Shown here: one piece after another, positions 39,667 to 49,635 of the stretch | Position numbering within the stretch: position 1 is the stretch's first letter | How the letters are laid out: each line of letters begins with the position of its first letter | NCBI GenBank assembly: GCA_963844965.1 | Contig: CAWJQC010000004.1 | Span: 1 to 64,000, forward strand | Length of the DNA: 64,000 bases | From: an uncultured bacterium | Lineage (GTDB): Bacteria; Patescibacteriota; Minisyncoccia; UBA6257; 2-01-FULL-56-20 | Direction of reading: 5' to 3' | Translations under genes and position numbers: made by a program | The notes under the pieces: model-generated | What the model saw: only the letters and a program-made list of their open reading frames with translations | Told to the model about the DNA's origin: nothing | Databases searched by the model: none

Positions 39667-40749
39667 TTATTCCAGTATTTCTGCAATTTGTTTGATCATC
39701 GCGAGCGCTACCGGTGCCGGCAATAAACTATAGGAATCAACGCCTTCGTCATCTTTCACGACCCACGGACTTTCAACGACTTTTATTTTCCCCGAAGAGT
39801 CGCGCTCGTAACTGTAAGCCGGCGTTATTTCGTAATCATCCACAAACTCCGCGGCCTTCGCGACCGGCACAGAGTTGCGGAGATAAACCTTGGGCACGCC
39901 GTGAAGTTCAAGAAGTTTGTTGAAAACCTTCTCGTCGGTTTCCAAGCGCTCTCTGATGGGCTCAATGCCGAGTTCGTCACCCTCTTTGGGCACCATCCGC
40001 GCGCCGTTGCACGAAGGGTTATCGCATATCAAATAAAATTCTTTTTTATCCCTGTCGTATCCCACCTCCTTCGTGGCAAGGAGTTTCGTGTTGCGCGGCG
40101 TCTTGCAAATCGGGCAGACGACGCGCGTTTTTATCCTTGCGTCAATGATGGAAGTCGGCAAACTTATGAACACAAAAAAGTCCGGGTCATCGCGGTAGCC
40201 CAGAAGCTCGCGCAAAAATATTGAATAATTTATCTGGTCCAAGCCGCGCGGAAAGCCGTCTATGAAAATCGCTTGCCTCGGCCGCTTGGAAATCTCATAT
40301 TTCAAAAGGGCCAAAATAAGTTCGGTGGAAACGAGCGAGGACTGACTCCGCCCCTCTATCAATCCGTCTATTTCTTCCAAACTGTGAAAGCCGCGGTAGT
40401 TCTTTTTGAAAAATTCGCTCAATTCTTTTTTCTTCGCCGAATCGGAAAGCCCGGCATGCACGTCACGGACGATGTCCCCCACCGCCACGTGGCCGACATG
40501 GCCTGCCTCGCCGGCAGGCAAACCGCCGCCGATGGTCTCCATGAAAAGCTTGGAGTAAGTGCCCTTGCCAGAATTCTTTTTGCCCAAAAGGTAGCCGACG
40601 AACGTTTTGCCGCTCGCTAAATATTTCCTTATTTTTTCAATTTCCTTGCCGGCCTTCAATTTAAAATACTCCCGGCGCTCGTCCGGGTCGTTCAGGTTGA
40701 ACTTTCGGTCAACTCCCTTTACTTTTGTTTTGAATATAGGGAAATCCAC
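39667..40749 (-). CDS. Atypical long adenylate/nucleoside-monophosphate kinase family protein with a zinc-ribbon LID
   Basis: P-loop GKKNSGKGTYSKLF, FIDGFPRGLDQ, CPICK...CDNPSCNG; in-frame P1 palindrome encodes GGGLPAGEAGHVGH at 40502-40520. Confidence 0.55.
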   Translation of the reverse strand: MDFPIFKTKVKGVDRKFNLNDPDERREYFKLKAGKEIEKIRKYLASGKTFVGYLLGKKNSGKGTYSKLFMETIGGGLPAGEAGHVGHVAVGDIVRDVHAGLSDSAKKKELSEFFKKNYRGFHSLEEIDGLIEGRSQSSLVSTELILALLKYEISKRPRQAIFIDGFPRGLDQINYSIFLRELLGYRDDPDFFVFISLPTSIIDARIKTRVVCPICKTPRNTKLLATKEVGYDRDKKEFYLICDNPSCNGARMVPKEGDELGIEPIRERLETDEKVFNKLLELHGVPKVYLRNSVPVAKAAEFVDDYEITPAYSYERDSSGKIKVVESPWVVKDDEGVDSYSLLPAPVALAMIKQIAEILE

Positions 40750-40794
40750 GCGTTTTTTTGTTTTTTTCCCCGACGCTACGGTCGGGGTCTTCGG

Positions 40795-42252
40795 CTATGC
40801 CTTTGACTTTTTAATTCCCAATCCTAACTCATTCAATTGTTTTTTGTCCACATCGCTCGGCGAACCCATCATCGGGTCATAGCCCTCGCCAGTTTTCGGG
40901 AATGCAATAACTTCGCGGATGTTCGGCTCGTTTTGCAAAACAGTAACCAGGCGGTCAAGTCCCCAGGCGATGCCGCCATGCGGCGGCGCGCCGAAACTCA
41001 GCGCCTCAAGCATGTGCCCGAACTTCGCCTGTATCTCCGTGTCACTGTAGCCCATAATACTAAACACTGCCTTGAGTGCTTCGGGCCTGTGATTGCGCAT
41101 ACTGCCGCCGCCGATCTCCAGTCCGTTCAAAACAACATCGTATTGGCTTGTCAAAATTCCGGCAATATTTTTCTGCGCCAGCAAATCATCCATAAACTCC
41201 GGCTTCGGCGCGGAAAATGGGTTGTGCGTAAAAGTCCATTTGGTTTTCTCTCCGCCAGAGGCGGATCCCTGCCCGCCGGCAGGCGCGGCGCCTTCGGCGG
41301 AAAAAAACGGAAAATCAATTATCCAGCAAAAAGCCAAAAGGTTCGGGTCGTTCTTATCCTTCCGTAAATCCGGCCGGTCGGTTTTATATTTTTCAGCAAC
41401 ATCTTTATAGCTCAGACGCGGGAAAGGAATTTCCTGAATTTTTTTGTCCGGATAGAGGGTCTCCACTATCTTTATCAGAAGTTCTTCGTTTATCGCCATC
41501 ACATCCTCGCGTTCCACGAAGCTCATCTCCAGATCAAGTTGCGTGAATTCCGGCTGCCTGTCTCCTCTTGTGTCCTCGTCGCGGAAACAACGGGCAATCT
41601 GGAAATATTTTTCCAATCCGCCGACCATCAAAAGCTGTTTATACTGCTGCGGCGACTGCGGCAAAGCGTAAAACTGTCCTTTGAAAATGCGTGACGGCAC
41701 AAGATAATCGCGTGCGCCTTCCGGCGTGGATTTTGACAGCACCGGCGTTTCTATTTCCAAAAATCCTTTCCCATCCAGAAAATCTCGTATTAACTTGATT
41801 ATTCTGTGCCGCGAAATCAAGTTTTTCTGCAAGCGCGCGCGCCGCAAATCCAAATATCTGTATTTCAGGCGGGTTTCCTCGTTGATCTCGTAACCGTCGG
41901 CGTCAACGGAAATCGGCGTGGCTTCCGAGCGATTCAGGATTTCCAGTTCGGTCGCGCTGACTTCATAGTGACCGGTCGGCAACTTGTCGTTCACCATCGC
42001 CGGCGGCCGCTTCTTGACCTCGCCTTTCACTCGCACGACATATTCCAGCCGCAGGTCGCCGGCGCCTGATAATGATGGCCCTCCGCCAGAGGCGGATCCG
42101 CCTTCGGCGGAAAAAACGACCTGCGCTAAACCGCTCCGGTCGCGGAGGTCAATAAAAACCAATTTCCCGTGGTCGCGCCGCGCGTGAACCCAACCGCAAA
42201 GCTCAACTTCTTTGCCTTCGTTTTTTATGATTTCTGATACAGATACCCGCAT
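40795..42252 (-). CDS. aspS: Aspartate--tRNA ligase, archaeal/eukaryal-type short form (no GAD domain)
   Basis: Class II aaRS motifs, N-terminal OB fold; 485 aa; two in-frame palindromic insertions (42083-42114 and 41262-41304). Confidence 0.85.
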   Translation of the reverse strand: MRVSVSEIIKNEGKEVELCGWVHARRDHGKLVFIDLRDRSGLAQVVFSAEGGSASGGGPSLSGAGDLRLEYVVRVKGEVKKRPPAMVNDKLPTGHYEVSATELEILNRSEATPISVDADGYEINEETRLKYRYLDLRRARLQKNLISRHRIIKLIRDFLDGKGFLEIETPVLSKSTPEGARDYLVPSRIFKGQFYALPQSPQQYKQLLMVGGLEKYFQIARCFRDEDTRGDRQPEFTQLDLEMSFVEREDVMAINEELLIKIVETLYPDKKIQEIPFPRLSYKDVAEKYKTDRPDLRKDKNDPNLLAFCWIIDFPFFSAEGAAPAGGQGSASGGEKTKWTFTHNPFSAPKPEFMDDLLAQKNIAGILTSQYDVVLNGLEIGGGSMRNHRPEALKAVFSIMGYSDTEIQAKFGHMLEALSFGAPPHGGIAWGLDRLVTVLQNEPNIREVIAFPKTGEGYDPMMGSPSDVDKKQLNELGLGIKKSKA

Positions 42253-42264
42253 GGATTGGCGTCC

Positions 42265-42576
42265 TTATTTAGCTCTTGCCTTATCAACCCTATCTATGGC
42301 GCTCTGATACTGATCGCGTATCTTTTCAAGCTCCTTGCGCTGATCGATCAGTGCATTTGCTGTCGCCTGACCATGCCTGACGCCATATTTTACTTGTTCT
42401 TGAATCTGCTTCTGAAGCTCCGCAATCTCTGCTAACTTCTTCGCAAGTTCTTCCTTGTAAATTTCGTACATTTCCTCGTCTTCTTGCGAAGCTTCGCCGC
42501 TATTTTGAATTATTTCTTTCCCGTCCATATGAGTATGATATAATTTCACTATACACCAATGCTGACTTTTGAACAA
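42265..42576 (-). CDS. Hypothetical coiled-coil protein
   Basis: 103-aa ORF. Confidence 0.4.
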   Translation of the reverse strand: MFKSQHWCIVKLYHTHMDGKEIIQNSGEASQEDEEMYEIYKEELAKKLAEIAELQKQIQEQVKYGVRHGQATANALIDQRKELEKIRDQYQSAIDRVDKARAK

Positions 42577-43047
42577 ATGATCTTGCGACTCATCGTCGCC
42601 CTCGCCCTCGGAGCGCTCATTGGCCTTGAGCGCGAACTCATCGGCAAAGAAGCCGGAATACGCACGACGATGCTTGTTTCAAGCGGAGCGACAATCTTCT
42701 CAATCATCGCGATGACTCTCCCCTACCTTGTCGCGACGGACGCGTCGCAGTTGCCCGACATCCTCGCGCACAACGGCGGCTTCCTCACAATAATAGGAAA
42801 CATCATCGTCGGCATCGGCTTTATCGGCGCAGGCATAATACTCAAGGAAGAAGGGCGCGTGCGCAGCCTGACCACCGCGGCGGATGTCTGGTTCGCCGCC
42901 GCCGTCGGCATTCTTGTCGGTATTGGCCTGCTCAGCTTCGCTGTCGCTTCCGCAATACTCGTTGCCGGCCTTCTCTACTTACTGCGAAAAGTTAGGCTCT
43001 CCGAATACGTGCGGCCGGAAGATAAGGCCGAAAACGTGTCGGACTAA
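42559..43047 (+). CDS. mgtC: MgtC/SapB family membrane protein
   Basis: LIGLERELIGKEAGIRT motif; four TM helices. Confidence 0.75.
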   Translation: MLTFEQMILRLIVALALGALIGLERELIGKEAGIRTTMLVSSGATIFSIIAMTLPYLVATDASQLPDILAHNGGFLTIIGNIIVGIGFIGAGIILKEEGRVRSLTTAADVWFAAAVGILVGIGLLSFAVASAILVAGLLYLLRKVRLSEYVRPEDKAENVSD

Positions 43048-43065
43048 AAAACTTGTACCTTCTAC

Positions 43066-43096
43066 GCAAACAAAAACGCCCCGTTCATCGGGGTAT
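43066..43096 (+). terminator. Intrinsic terminator after mgtC
   Basis: cgccccgttcatcggggta followed by a T run. Confidence 0.6.
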
Positions 43097-43604
43097 TTTT
43101 GTTGCTGGCAATCCGTAAGCCGGATTCTGTCGCGCCTGCCTGTCGGCAGACGATGCGATCATTTATCTGGGCCCTTGATTGCTCGCGGGCTCAAGCGGCA
43201 CTTCCACCTCATCGGCGGACACGGCCTTGCACCCAGTAAGGATTTAGCCGTTTCATCTCCACTTTTTTATCCCTATGGCGGAGCTGGACCGACTAGCTTG
43301 GGATTGGGTCCGTCCGACTTTTTCAAATCGGACCGTTTCTGCTCGCACCTCTATTCTTACGAACGACGGCTGTTAGCCGCTACTATTTTATCCCTCCCCA
43401 GTTTTGCCAGTAATGTCACTGGCAAAACTGGGGAGGGATGGTGTCCGGACTTTCCTCCCTACATTTTCTAGAATTTTAAGAAAATGTAGGGCGATCGCCT
43501 AGATTGCCAGCTAACTACAGTGTAACATTCTATCAAAAAAAATCAAGTCCGGAAGCAGTGTTCGCGACTAGCCGGTGATATTTTAATTCACGGCGGACAT
43601 ACCT

Positions 43605-44699
43605 TCAACTTATATTGAAAAGCAACTTGAATATGATAAAACACAACGCCGCGAGAACCCCACTCGCGATAATATTAACAAAGCAGACAAATCCCGAATC
43701 TTTTACCAGCCGCCAGCAAACCGCTTTAAAGCGGGATGCCACATCCGCTTCAGCTGTTGAGGATGAGATAACCTGCGCCGTGGAAAGCGGGTAACCGAAA
43801 ATTGTAAAAGTATAAATCACGAACGCCGATGCCATTTGCGGCGCGAAGGCGCGCGTCGGTTTAACTTTGCGTGAACGCACCCCCACTGCCTTAATCGCCC
43901 TCCAACCGCCGGCCATCACGCCCGCGGCGATGCCAAGCGAACACAACGCTATCACCCACCACGGAATAACCACCGAATCTCCCGCTCGTAAGACATTAAT
44001 GCCGACTATCACAAGTGTGAAAGCAATGACGCCCATCGCCTTTTGTGCTTCATTCGCGCCACAAGAGAACGTCTGTGCCGCCAAAGACACAGCTTGCATA
44101 TTTTTAAACGATCTATCGGCGCGGTGTCCAAATAGTCCCGAAAAACGGACCGCCACTTTAGCAAAAATACGCGCGACAGCAAACCCGACGAGAGGAGCGA
44201 TAAGCATTATAACTACGATCAAGAGCACTTTCAGCCAATGAATCGGCTGAAATCCCCAAGCGATTAAAAACGCACCGACAAGCCCGCCGATGAGCGCGTA
44301 AGATAAGGAAGACGGGACCCTAAGGCGCCTGGCCAAGAAGTTCCACACTATCGCCCCAAGCAGCGCGGCTATAATTACGAACGCGCCTACGCTCCTTTCT
44401 CCCAAAAAGCTCGGGTCAATAATTCTCTGGCTAATGGTTCTCGCTACCGCCGTTCCCAAAAGAAACGCGCCGGCAAAATTTCCCGCCGCCGCGAGCAAAA
44501 ACGCCCGGGTCGGTGAAACAGAACCAGACATAATCACCGCAGCTGTTCGGTCAGACGAATCGCCAAAACCATTCATGAAGTCAAAAAACAAGCCGAGCGC
44601 TATAGCGATCGCCGCGAGCAAGATTGCCAATCCGGTCACCGGTTCTATGACTTGCATCAATGTAAAAGTTAAATCGTTCGCGAATCGGCGCCCTAACAA
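43605..44699 (-). CDS. pit: Inorganic phosphate transporter, PiT (PHO4) family
   Basis: FDFMNGFGDSSD and GANEAQKAMGVIA signature repeats; about 10 TM helices. Confidence 0.8.
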   Translation of the reverse strand: MLGRRFANDLTFTLMQVIEPVTGLAILLAAIAIALGLFFDFMNGFGDSSDRTAAVIMSGSVSPTRAFLLAAAGNFAGAFLLGTAVARTISQRIIDPSFLGERSVGAFVIIAALLGAIVWNFLARRLRVPSSLSYALIGGLVGAFLIAWGFQPIHWLKVLLIVVIMLIAPLVGFAVARIFAKVAVRFSGLFGHRADRSFKNMQAVSLAAQTFSCGANEAQKAMGVIAFTLVIVGINVLRAGDSVVIPWWVIALCSLGIAAGVMAGGWRAIKAVGVRSRKVKPTRAFAPQMASAFVIYTFTIFGYPLSTAQVISSSTAEADVASRFKAVCWRLVKDSGFVCFVNIIASGVLAALCFIIFKLLFNIS

Positions 44700-44770
44700 G
44701 TTAGTGGGCTCTAGAGTGCTTTGTTTATATTCAGTTAGCCCGCGAACTCGTCAACTGAACAATTTTTCAA

Positions 44771-45205
44771 CTATAACCCATTCTTGTTCAAAACCTCATT
44801 CACGACTCTATCCGCTTTTCTGTTCTCCTCGCGCGGCACGTGGCGGAATTCCACCATTTTAAAGTCAAATTTCAAATTCCATACACCGACGAACAGTGGC
44901 TGCAGGTTTTCTTCCATGATCTTATACTTGCCGTTCAGTTGTTTCACCACGAGTTCGGAATCCATCCTTATTTCAACATCCGACTCCTTCGCTTTCGCTT
45001 TGCCAATGAGCTGTTTTATTTTTTTAAGCGCGAAAATGACCGCTTCGTATTCGGCCTGATTGTTGGTCTTCTCGCCTAGATATTCGCCATATTCTTTATT
45101 ATCAATCACAACCCCGATAGCGGCCGGACCTGGATTTCCCCTGGAACCGCCGTCGGTATAAACGACGTATCTTTGATTCTTTGAATAATTGACCCTTCTT
45201 CATTT
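44771..45205 (-). CDS. rnhA: Ribonuclease HI; N-terminus out of frame (indel in an AAA run near 45120)
   Basis: ...VVYTDGGSRGNPGPAAIGVV (alternate frame) then TNNQAEYEAVIFAL. Confidence 0.7.
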
Positions 45206-46153
45206 TAGCCTTTCAACAACTTCCATAGCGACCCTTCCAGCGTCTTCCTTACTTTTGAAGAAAGCACCCGCGGCGCCCTTGTGGCCGCCGCCGCCGTATT
45301 TTGCCATAAGTTCACCAGCATGAATTTTTGCCTCGCGCATTCGCCAGGGATTCGCTGAAAGCCCTACCTCAAAAAGGTTGTCGCTCCTTTGCAGGCGGAC
45401 GGCATAGATGGTCTTCGGATAAAGATAGTATGGCGCGAACCGCAGCTTGCCGCTACCTGCCAATGTCAGGTCTATAAATGTCGCCTTGCCGCGAACTTTT
45501 ATGTTCTTCCGGTAAAATCTCAATCCCAATCTTATCTTTTTGCGCGCACCGGCTGCGCATTCCTGAACGCGCGGGTCTTTAGCTATTTCCCTGAGCGACT
45601 TCCGGGAAAGAAGGTCTATGAGCGGCCGGCGCGTGCTGTTATCATTGGCGTTCTTTTCAATGAAGGCGTCAATGCGGAGTGCCGGCTCCTTTACTTCAAG
45701 CGTCTGCTTGGCGGATCCATAACCCGCTCCGTCAATAATGTCCAGCCATTTCGTCAACTCCTTGAAGTGCTTGGGTGGTTTCCAGTCGAAACCGACGCGC
45801 AGTGACGCCTCGGTAAAATGGCACGCCGACTTATACGACGGATCGTAACGGCGGAACTTGGATGGTCTGAACTTTTTCCGCCAGCTTTCTTTCTGAAAAG
45901 CGGTCGGATGGTGGTCAAACCAAAAAAAAGCCCCTGGGTGGTATTGGAAATCCAAAACGATGGCCGGATTGCGCCTGCCGCGGAAGAGTTTGTGCTTCAA
46001 AAAGAATTTTTCGTCCCGCCACTGCGGTAAAATATCAAAACCGAGAGGAACATAACGCTCAATATCGTCGCCGCGGTCGCGCAAAAATGCAAGCATCACC
46101 GCCGCTGACGCCCATCCGTCAAAATCGTTGTGAAAATAGACGTCGTAAGTCAT
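45200..46153 (-). CDS. DHH-family phosphoesterase (NrnA-like, DHH plus DHHA1)
   Basis: FHNDFDGWASAAV (DHH motif I) and C-terminal GGGGHKGAAGA (DHHA1). Confidence 0.7.
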   Translation of the reverse strand: MTYDVYFHNDFDGWASAAVMLAFLRDRGDDIERYVPLGFDILPQWRDEKFFLKHKLFRGRRNPAIVLDFQYHPGAFFWFDHHPTAFQKESWRKKFRPSKFRRYDPSYKSACHFTEASLRVGFDWKPPKHFKELTKWLDIIDGAGYGSAKQTLEVKEPALRIDAFIEKNANDNSTRRPLIDLLSRKSLREIAKDPRVQECAAGARKKIRLGLRFYRKNIKVRGKATFIDLTLAGSGKLRFAPYYLYPKTIYAVRLQRSDNLFEVGLSANPWRMREAKIHAGELMAKYGGGGHKGAAGAFFKSKEDAGRVAMEVVERLK

Positions 46154-46340
46154 TCTCTATTATGATAACGCCTGCCGCCCCTCCTCGCCAACTATCTGAA
46201 GTCATCGGCGAAAAATTCATAACCGCAGATTAGCACGGGCGTGGAAAGAAAATACCAGAATACCACGTCGTCTATGGGAAAAATATGGCCGAAAACAAGA
46301 ATTGGAAAGATATATTTTCCGGGTGACCAGGACCCCGTAA

Positions 46341-47460
46341 TTTAGACACAAAGGTCGAAACAAACTACCATTGTGTCATGAGCAACAAAAAAGGGCATCG
46401 GATTGCAAAGGAAGTGAAGGCGGACATCCTCCGCCGCGTGAAGGAAGAAGGCGTTTCGGTGGCCCAAGCCGCGAAGGACCACGGCTTGCACGAGTCCACC
46501 ATCTATAACTGGCTCGGAGCCGGAGCGGCAGGCGCTCCCTCGTGGAGCGAGTTCTCCCGCCTGCAGAAGCAGAACCGCGAGCTCTTTGAGGTGGTGGGCG
46601 AGCTCACCGTGAAGCTCTCTCAGGCCCAAAAAAAGAGTTGACGGAGAAACGGGACAAGTCGGCCCTGGCCAGGGCCATGGGCGTCTCACGGGCATCGCTC
46701 TACTACGTTCCGAAACAGTACGCGAAGGATTGGGCATTCAAGATCCTGATCGAGGAAGAGCTGCGGCGCCATTCCTCGTACGGCTCGCGGCGCCTGGCGC
46801 AAGCCCTCCACGCGAACCGCAAACGGACCAGGCGTGTGATGAAGCTCTTTGGCATCAAGCCATACCGGAGGCGGGGCAAGAAATATCGTAAATCAAAGGC
46901 ATCGCGGGCCTTTCCGAACCTCTTACTTGCCATCATGCCCTCGTACGCGAACCACGTCTGGGCAACCGATTTCACGGAGTTCCTGTATCGCGGCAAGAAA
47001 GTGTACGTGTCCACGATACTCGATCTTTTCACGAGACGATTGATGGGCGTCCATGTGGCGTTGCGGAAAGGATCGCCCCTCACGATACAGACCCTGGCCA
47101 ACGCGCTTTTCCACCATCCGCATCCGGTCATCTTCCATTCGGACAACGGCAGCGAGTACAAGGCACGAGCGTTCACCGATACACTGGGGGACTGTGGCAT
47201 CACGATCTCGCGGTCGCGGCCCGGTGCCCCATGGGAAAACGGCTACCAGGAATCGTTCTATGACAAGTTCAAGATTGACCTCGGTGATCCCAACCGGTTC
47301 GGGACCTTCGGCGAGCTCGTGGCGGAGATCTACAGCACCTTGTGGCAGTACAACCACACGCGGATCCACTCCGCCCTCAAGATGCCGCCGTCCGTGTTTG
47401 CCGAGAAGATTGCGGCTTAACGAAAAAAAACGGCAAAAAGCCGTCGAATCACTGTCTAAA
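46341..47460 (+). mobile_element. IS3-family insertion sequence (about 1.1 kb); orfA 46378..46641 (HTH) and orfB 46638..47420 (rve integrase/DDE) joined by a programmed -1 frameshift at A AAA AAG (46626-46632); terminal inverted repeats tttagacacaaaggtcgaaac / ccgtcgaatcactgtctaaa
   Basis: OrfB DFTEFLY...HSDNGSEYKARAF...ENGYQESF; slippery heptamer at the orfA end; GC content clearly above the flanks; exact ends uncertain by about 20 bp. Confidence 0.8.
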
Positions 47461-47472
47461 GAAACCTATCCT

Positions 47473-47736
47473 TTACAGGTGTTTATAGCTGCCATCTTCT
47501 GGTGCCCAAGACTCAAACAATTTCTTTAAGTCCTCTATGATTCCCACCTCCCACTCCATAATAACAAGCGCTGCAGTCGTTCCAAAAACGAATATGTGCG
47601 CGATTCCGTCCGAGAGGCCGGATTGCTTGACCACCGCAGCAACCCGATCGGTGATGTTTATAAAATCGTAGTGACCTTTTGTTTTGACGGAAAGGATCAT
47701 CGCCATATTATCTCGAAAGTTGCGGGTGGGGTGCAA
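47473..47736 (-). pseudogene. YjbQ/UPF0047 family gene lacking its C-terminal half, ending 13 nt from the IS3 right end
   Basis: HIFVFGTTAALVIMEWE...EDGSYKHL stops mid-family at the conserved Y.H; the expected remainder is absent on the other side of the IS. Confidence 0.55.
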
Positions 47737-48050
47737 ACGATTCTACCGCAAACTGGTTTTTTTTGCGGTTTTGACATGTCCATGTTTCCCAACTCTATCA
47801 CTTTAATTCTATCAGAACAGAGAAAATTATATGCATCTCGGTCTGTCCGATACTAAAACTAGGTGCGGGGAGTAGTGGACGACGTTAGAACCTGTTTGAT
47901 GGAAAATGCCAGCAAATTCAGTATCCCGAGTCTTGTGAGTTAGGTTCCCCCACCCTATCACCCACCATATCTACTCCGGTGGTTGGACGACATAAGGGCC
48001 TGTAAAAAAACCGAACATTCTTATCGCGATCAGCTTTGAGAAATTAACTT

Positions 48051-49106
48051 CTAGTTCCCCATCTTCGGCCCGCTTACGTCGCCATTGTTATTATATCCAG
48101 ACTTTTCCCACGTGCCTTTGTAATTAATATCATCGGACAACTCAATTTTGGTTATCCATTTTATCCATTTGTATCCCCATTTTTGTTCCGCAACAAGCTG
48201 AAACGGGAAGCCTTTTTCTGCCGGAATGACAACGTTATTCATTTTATAGGCCAAGAGAATATTATTATTTTCAATATAATCCAGGGGCAGTGAGGTGGTA
48301 TAACCATCGCTCGCATAAAATATGACAACTTTTGCTTGTGCTTTAATACCGGCCGATTCCAAAAGGTCTTTGACCAAGACCCCTTCCCATAAAATTTTTG
48401 CAGTCCAGCCCTCGACACAATCAAGCTCCACAACCTTAGAATATTTCTGAAAATTTAGAACTTGATCGTAGGTATAACTTTTTGGAGTCTGGACCAAGCC
48501 AGAGATTTCCAATGAGTAATTATCAATGTCTATATATTGAGTTCCTTTAATCGCGTTATCCTGAATATCGGCAATTGATGATAATTTTTCTCCCTGGTAC
48601 TCCTTAACCTGACTATCTGTTAATTGTTTTGTTGCGTAATCAGACGATAATTTAATTCTGATAAAAGAAATGCTTGCGATTCCGGCCAGCACCAAAAAAA
48701 TTATTAAAAACCAAATTTTGGTTCTCAAACCTAAAAATTTATTTTCAGGAGTTGCGTTGAGTGTTTTTTCGGAAACTTTAATTCGGCCCAAGACGATATT
48801 CATCAATGCCAAAACTACTATAATAATACCCGACCAATCATGTGCAAAATTTATCCAAAATAACGGCAAAGGCGCATAGCCAATTACATGATACAATTCC
48901 AAAAACTTAAAAACGCCCGTAATAACCAGTATTGGAACAAAAAATATCAAAACCAGTCGAACAATTTTTCTTAATGCAATCACGCTTTTATTATATCGTT
49001 TCCATCCGAAGTCAACAAAAGCGAAGAGCGTCAAAAAACCACCCCGTGTGCGGAGCGGCGGAAATTTACTCCAACGGGTGGACGGTGTTAGAATATAAAT
49101 CGCCAA
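48051..49106 (-). CDS. Membrane-anchored molybdopterin-dependent oxidoreductase (sulfite-oxidase fold, MsrP/YedY-like) with N-terminal 4-TM domain; AT-rich relative to neighbours
   Basis: C-terminal SUOX-like domain (...YASDGYTTSLPLDYI..., WGYKWIKW); strong compositional contrast with the flanks. Confidence 0.55.
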   Translation of the reverse strand: MAIYILTPSTRWSKFPPLRTRGGFLTLFAFVDFGWKRYNKSVIALRKIVRLVLIFFVPILVITGVFKFLELYHVIGYAPLPLFWINFAHDWSGIIIVVLALMNIVLGRIKVSEKTLNATPENKFLGLRTKIWFLIIFLVLAGIASISFIRIKLSSDYATKQLTDSQVKEYQGEKLSSIADIQDNAIKGTQYIDIDNYSLEISGLVQTPKSYTYDQVLNFQKYSKVVELDCVEGWTAKILWEGVLVKDLLESAGIKAQAKVVIFYASDGYTTSLPLDYIENNNILLAYKMNNVVIPAEKGFPFQLVAEQKWGYKWIKWITKIELSDDINYKGTWEKSGYNNNGDVSGPKMGN

Positions 49107-49163
49107 AAGTTAGAACCTCAAATTGCTTACCGGATAAGCGTTAACCGAGAAAAATTATCGTAG

Positions 49164-49234
49164 CGGGGGCAGTAGGAATCGAACCCACGTTAGCGGTTTT
49201 GGAGACCGCTGTCCTGCCACTGAACGATGCCCCC
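49164..49234 (-). tRNA. tRNA-Trp (anticodon CCA)
   Basis: Acceptor gggggca/tgccccc, anticodon gcggt-ctccaaa-accgc, T loop ttcgatt. Confidence 0.75.
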
Positions 49235-49332
49235 TTGCGCTCCGACCATGGTCGGAGCGCAATTTTCAAATCACAATTTCCAATTTTCAAACCATTACTG
49301 AATTACCACTAATTACAACTGAATTACATCTA

Positions 49333-49515
49333 TTACTTCCCTCCTATCTTAACCTCCTTGTGTGCCGTATGTTTTCGGCACCACTTGCAGAATTTTTTAT
49401 ATTCCAGTTTCCGCTCAACTTTCTTCTTGTTCTTGGTCGTATAATAATTCCGCCGTTTGCAGACGGAACAACGCAGGGCTATTAAATTCTCGGAATGCTT
49501 GGATTTAGCTGCCAT
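49333..49515 (-). CDS. rpmG: 50S ribosomal protein L33
   Basis: MAAKSKHSENLIALRCSVCKRRNYYTTKNKKKVERKLEYKKFCKWCRKHTAHKE. Confidence 0.8.
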   Translation of the reverse strand: MAAKSKHSENLIALRCSVCKRRNYYTTKNKKKVERKLEYKKFCKWCRKHTAHKEVKIGGK

Positions 49516-49635
49516 GGAATCAGAAAGTAGAAGGTAGAAAATAGAATTTAGAACATAGAACTGAGGGCGCGGAGAGAACAATCCTCAAAATTCCACACAG
49601 GAAATCTTAGCAGAAAACCGGTTTTCGCGCAAATC

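Noticed and set aside
42884-43471. ORF 42884..43471 (+, 195 aa)
   Set aside because: It overlaps the mgtC 3' end, then runs through an intrinsic terminator and several palindromes; translation is low-complexity.
43500-43600. Possible SRP (4.5S) RNA: gtccggaagcag resembles the domain IV motif
   Set aside because: Only a partial match to GGAAGGAAGCAGCC with no symmetric helix 8 context; insufficient.
47737-48050. Missing C-terminal half of YjbQ expected upstream of the IS3 (46181-46340) or downstream of 47737
   Set aside because: Translation of all frames in 46181-46340 shows no YjbQ-like sequence; the remainder appears to be absent from the window.
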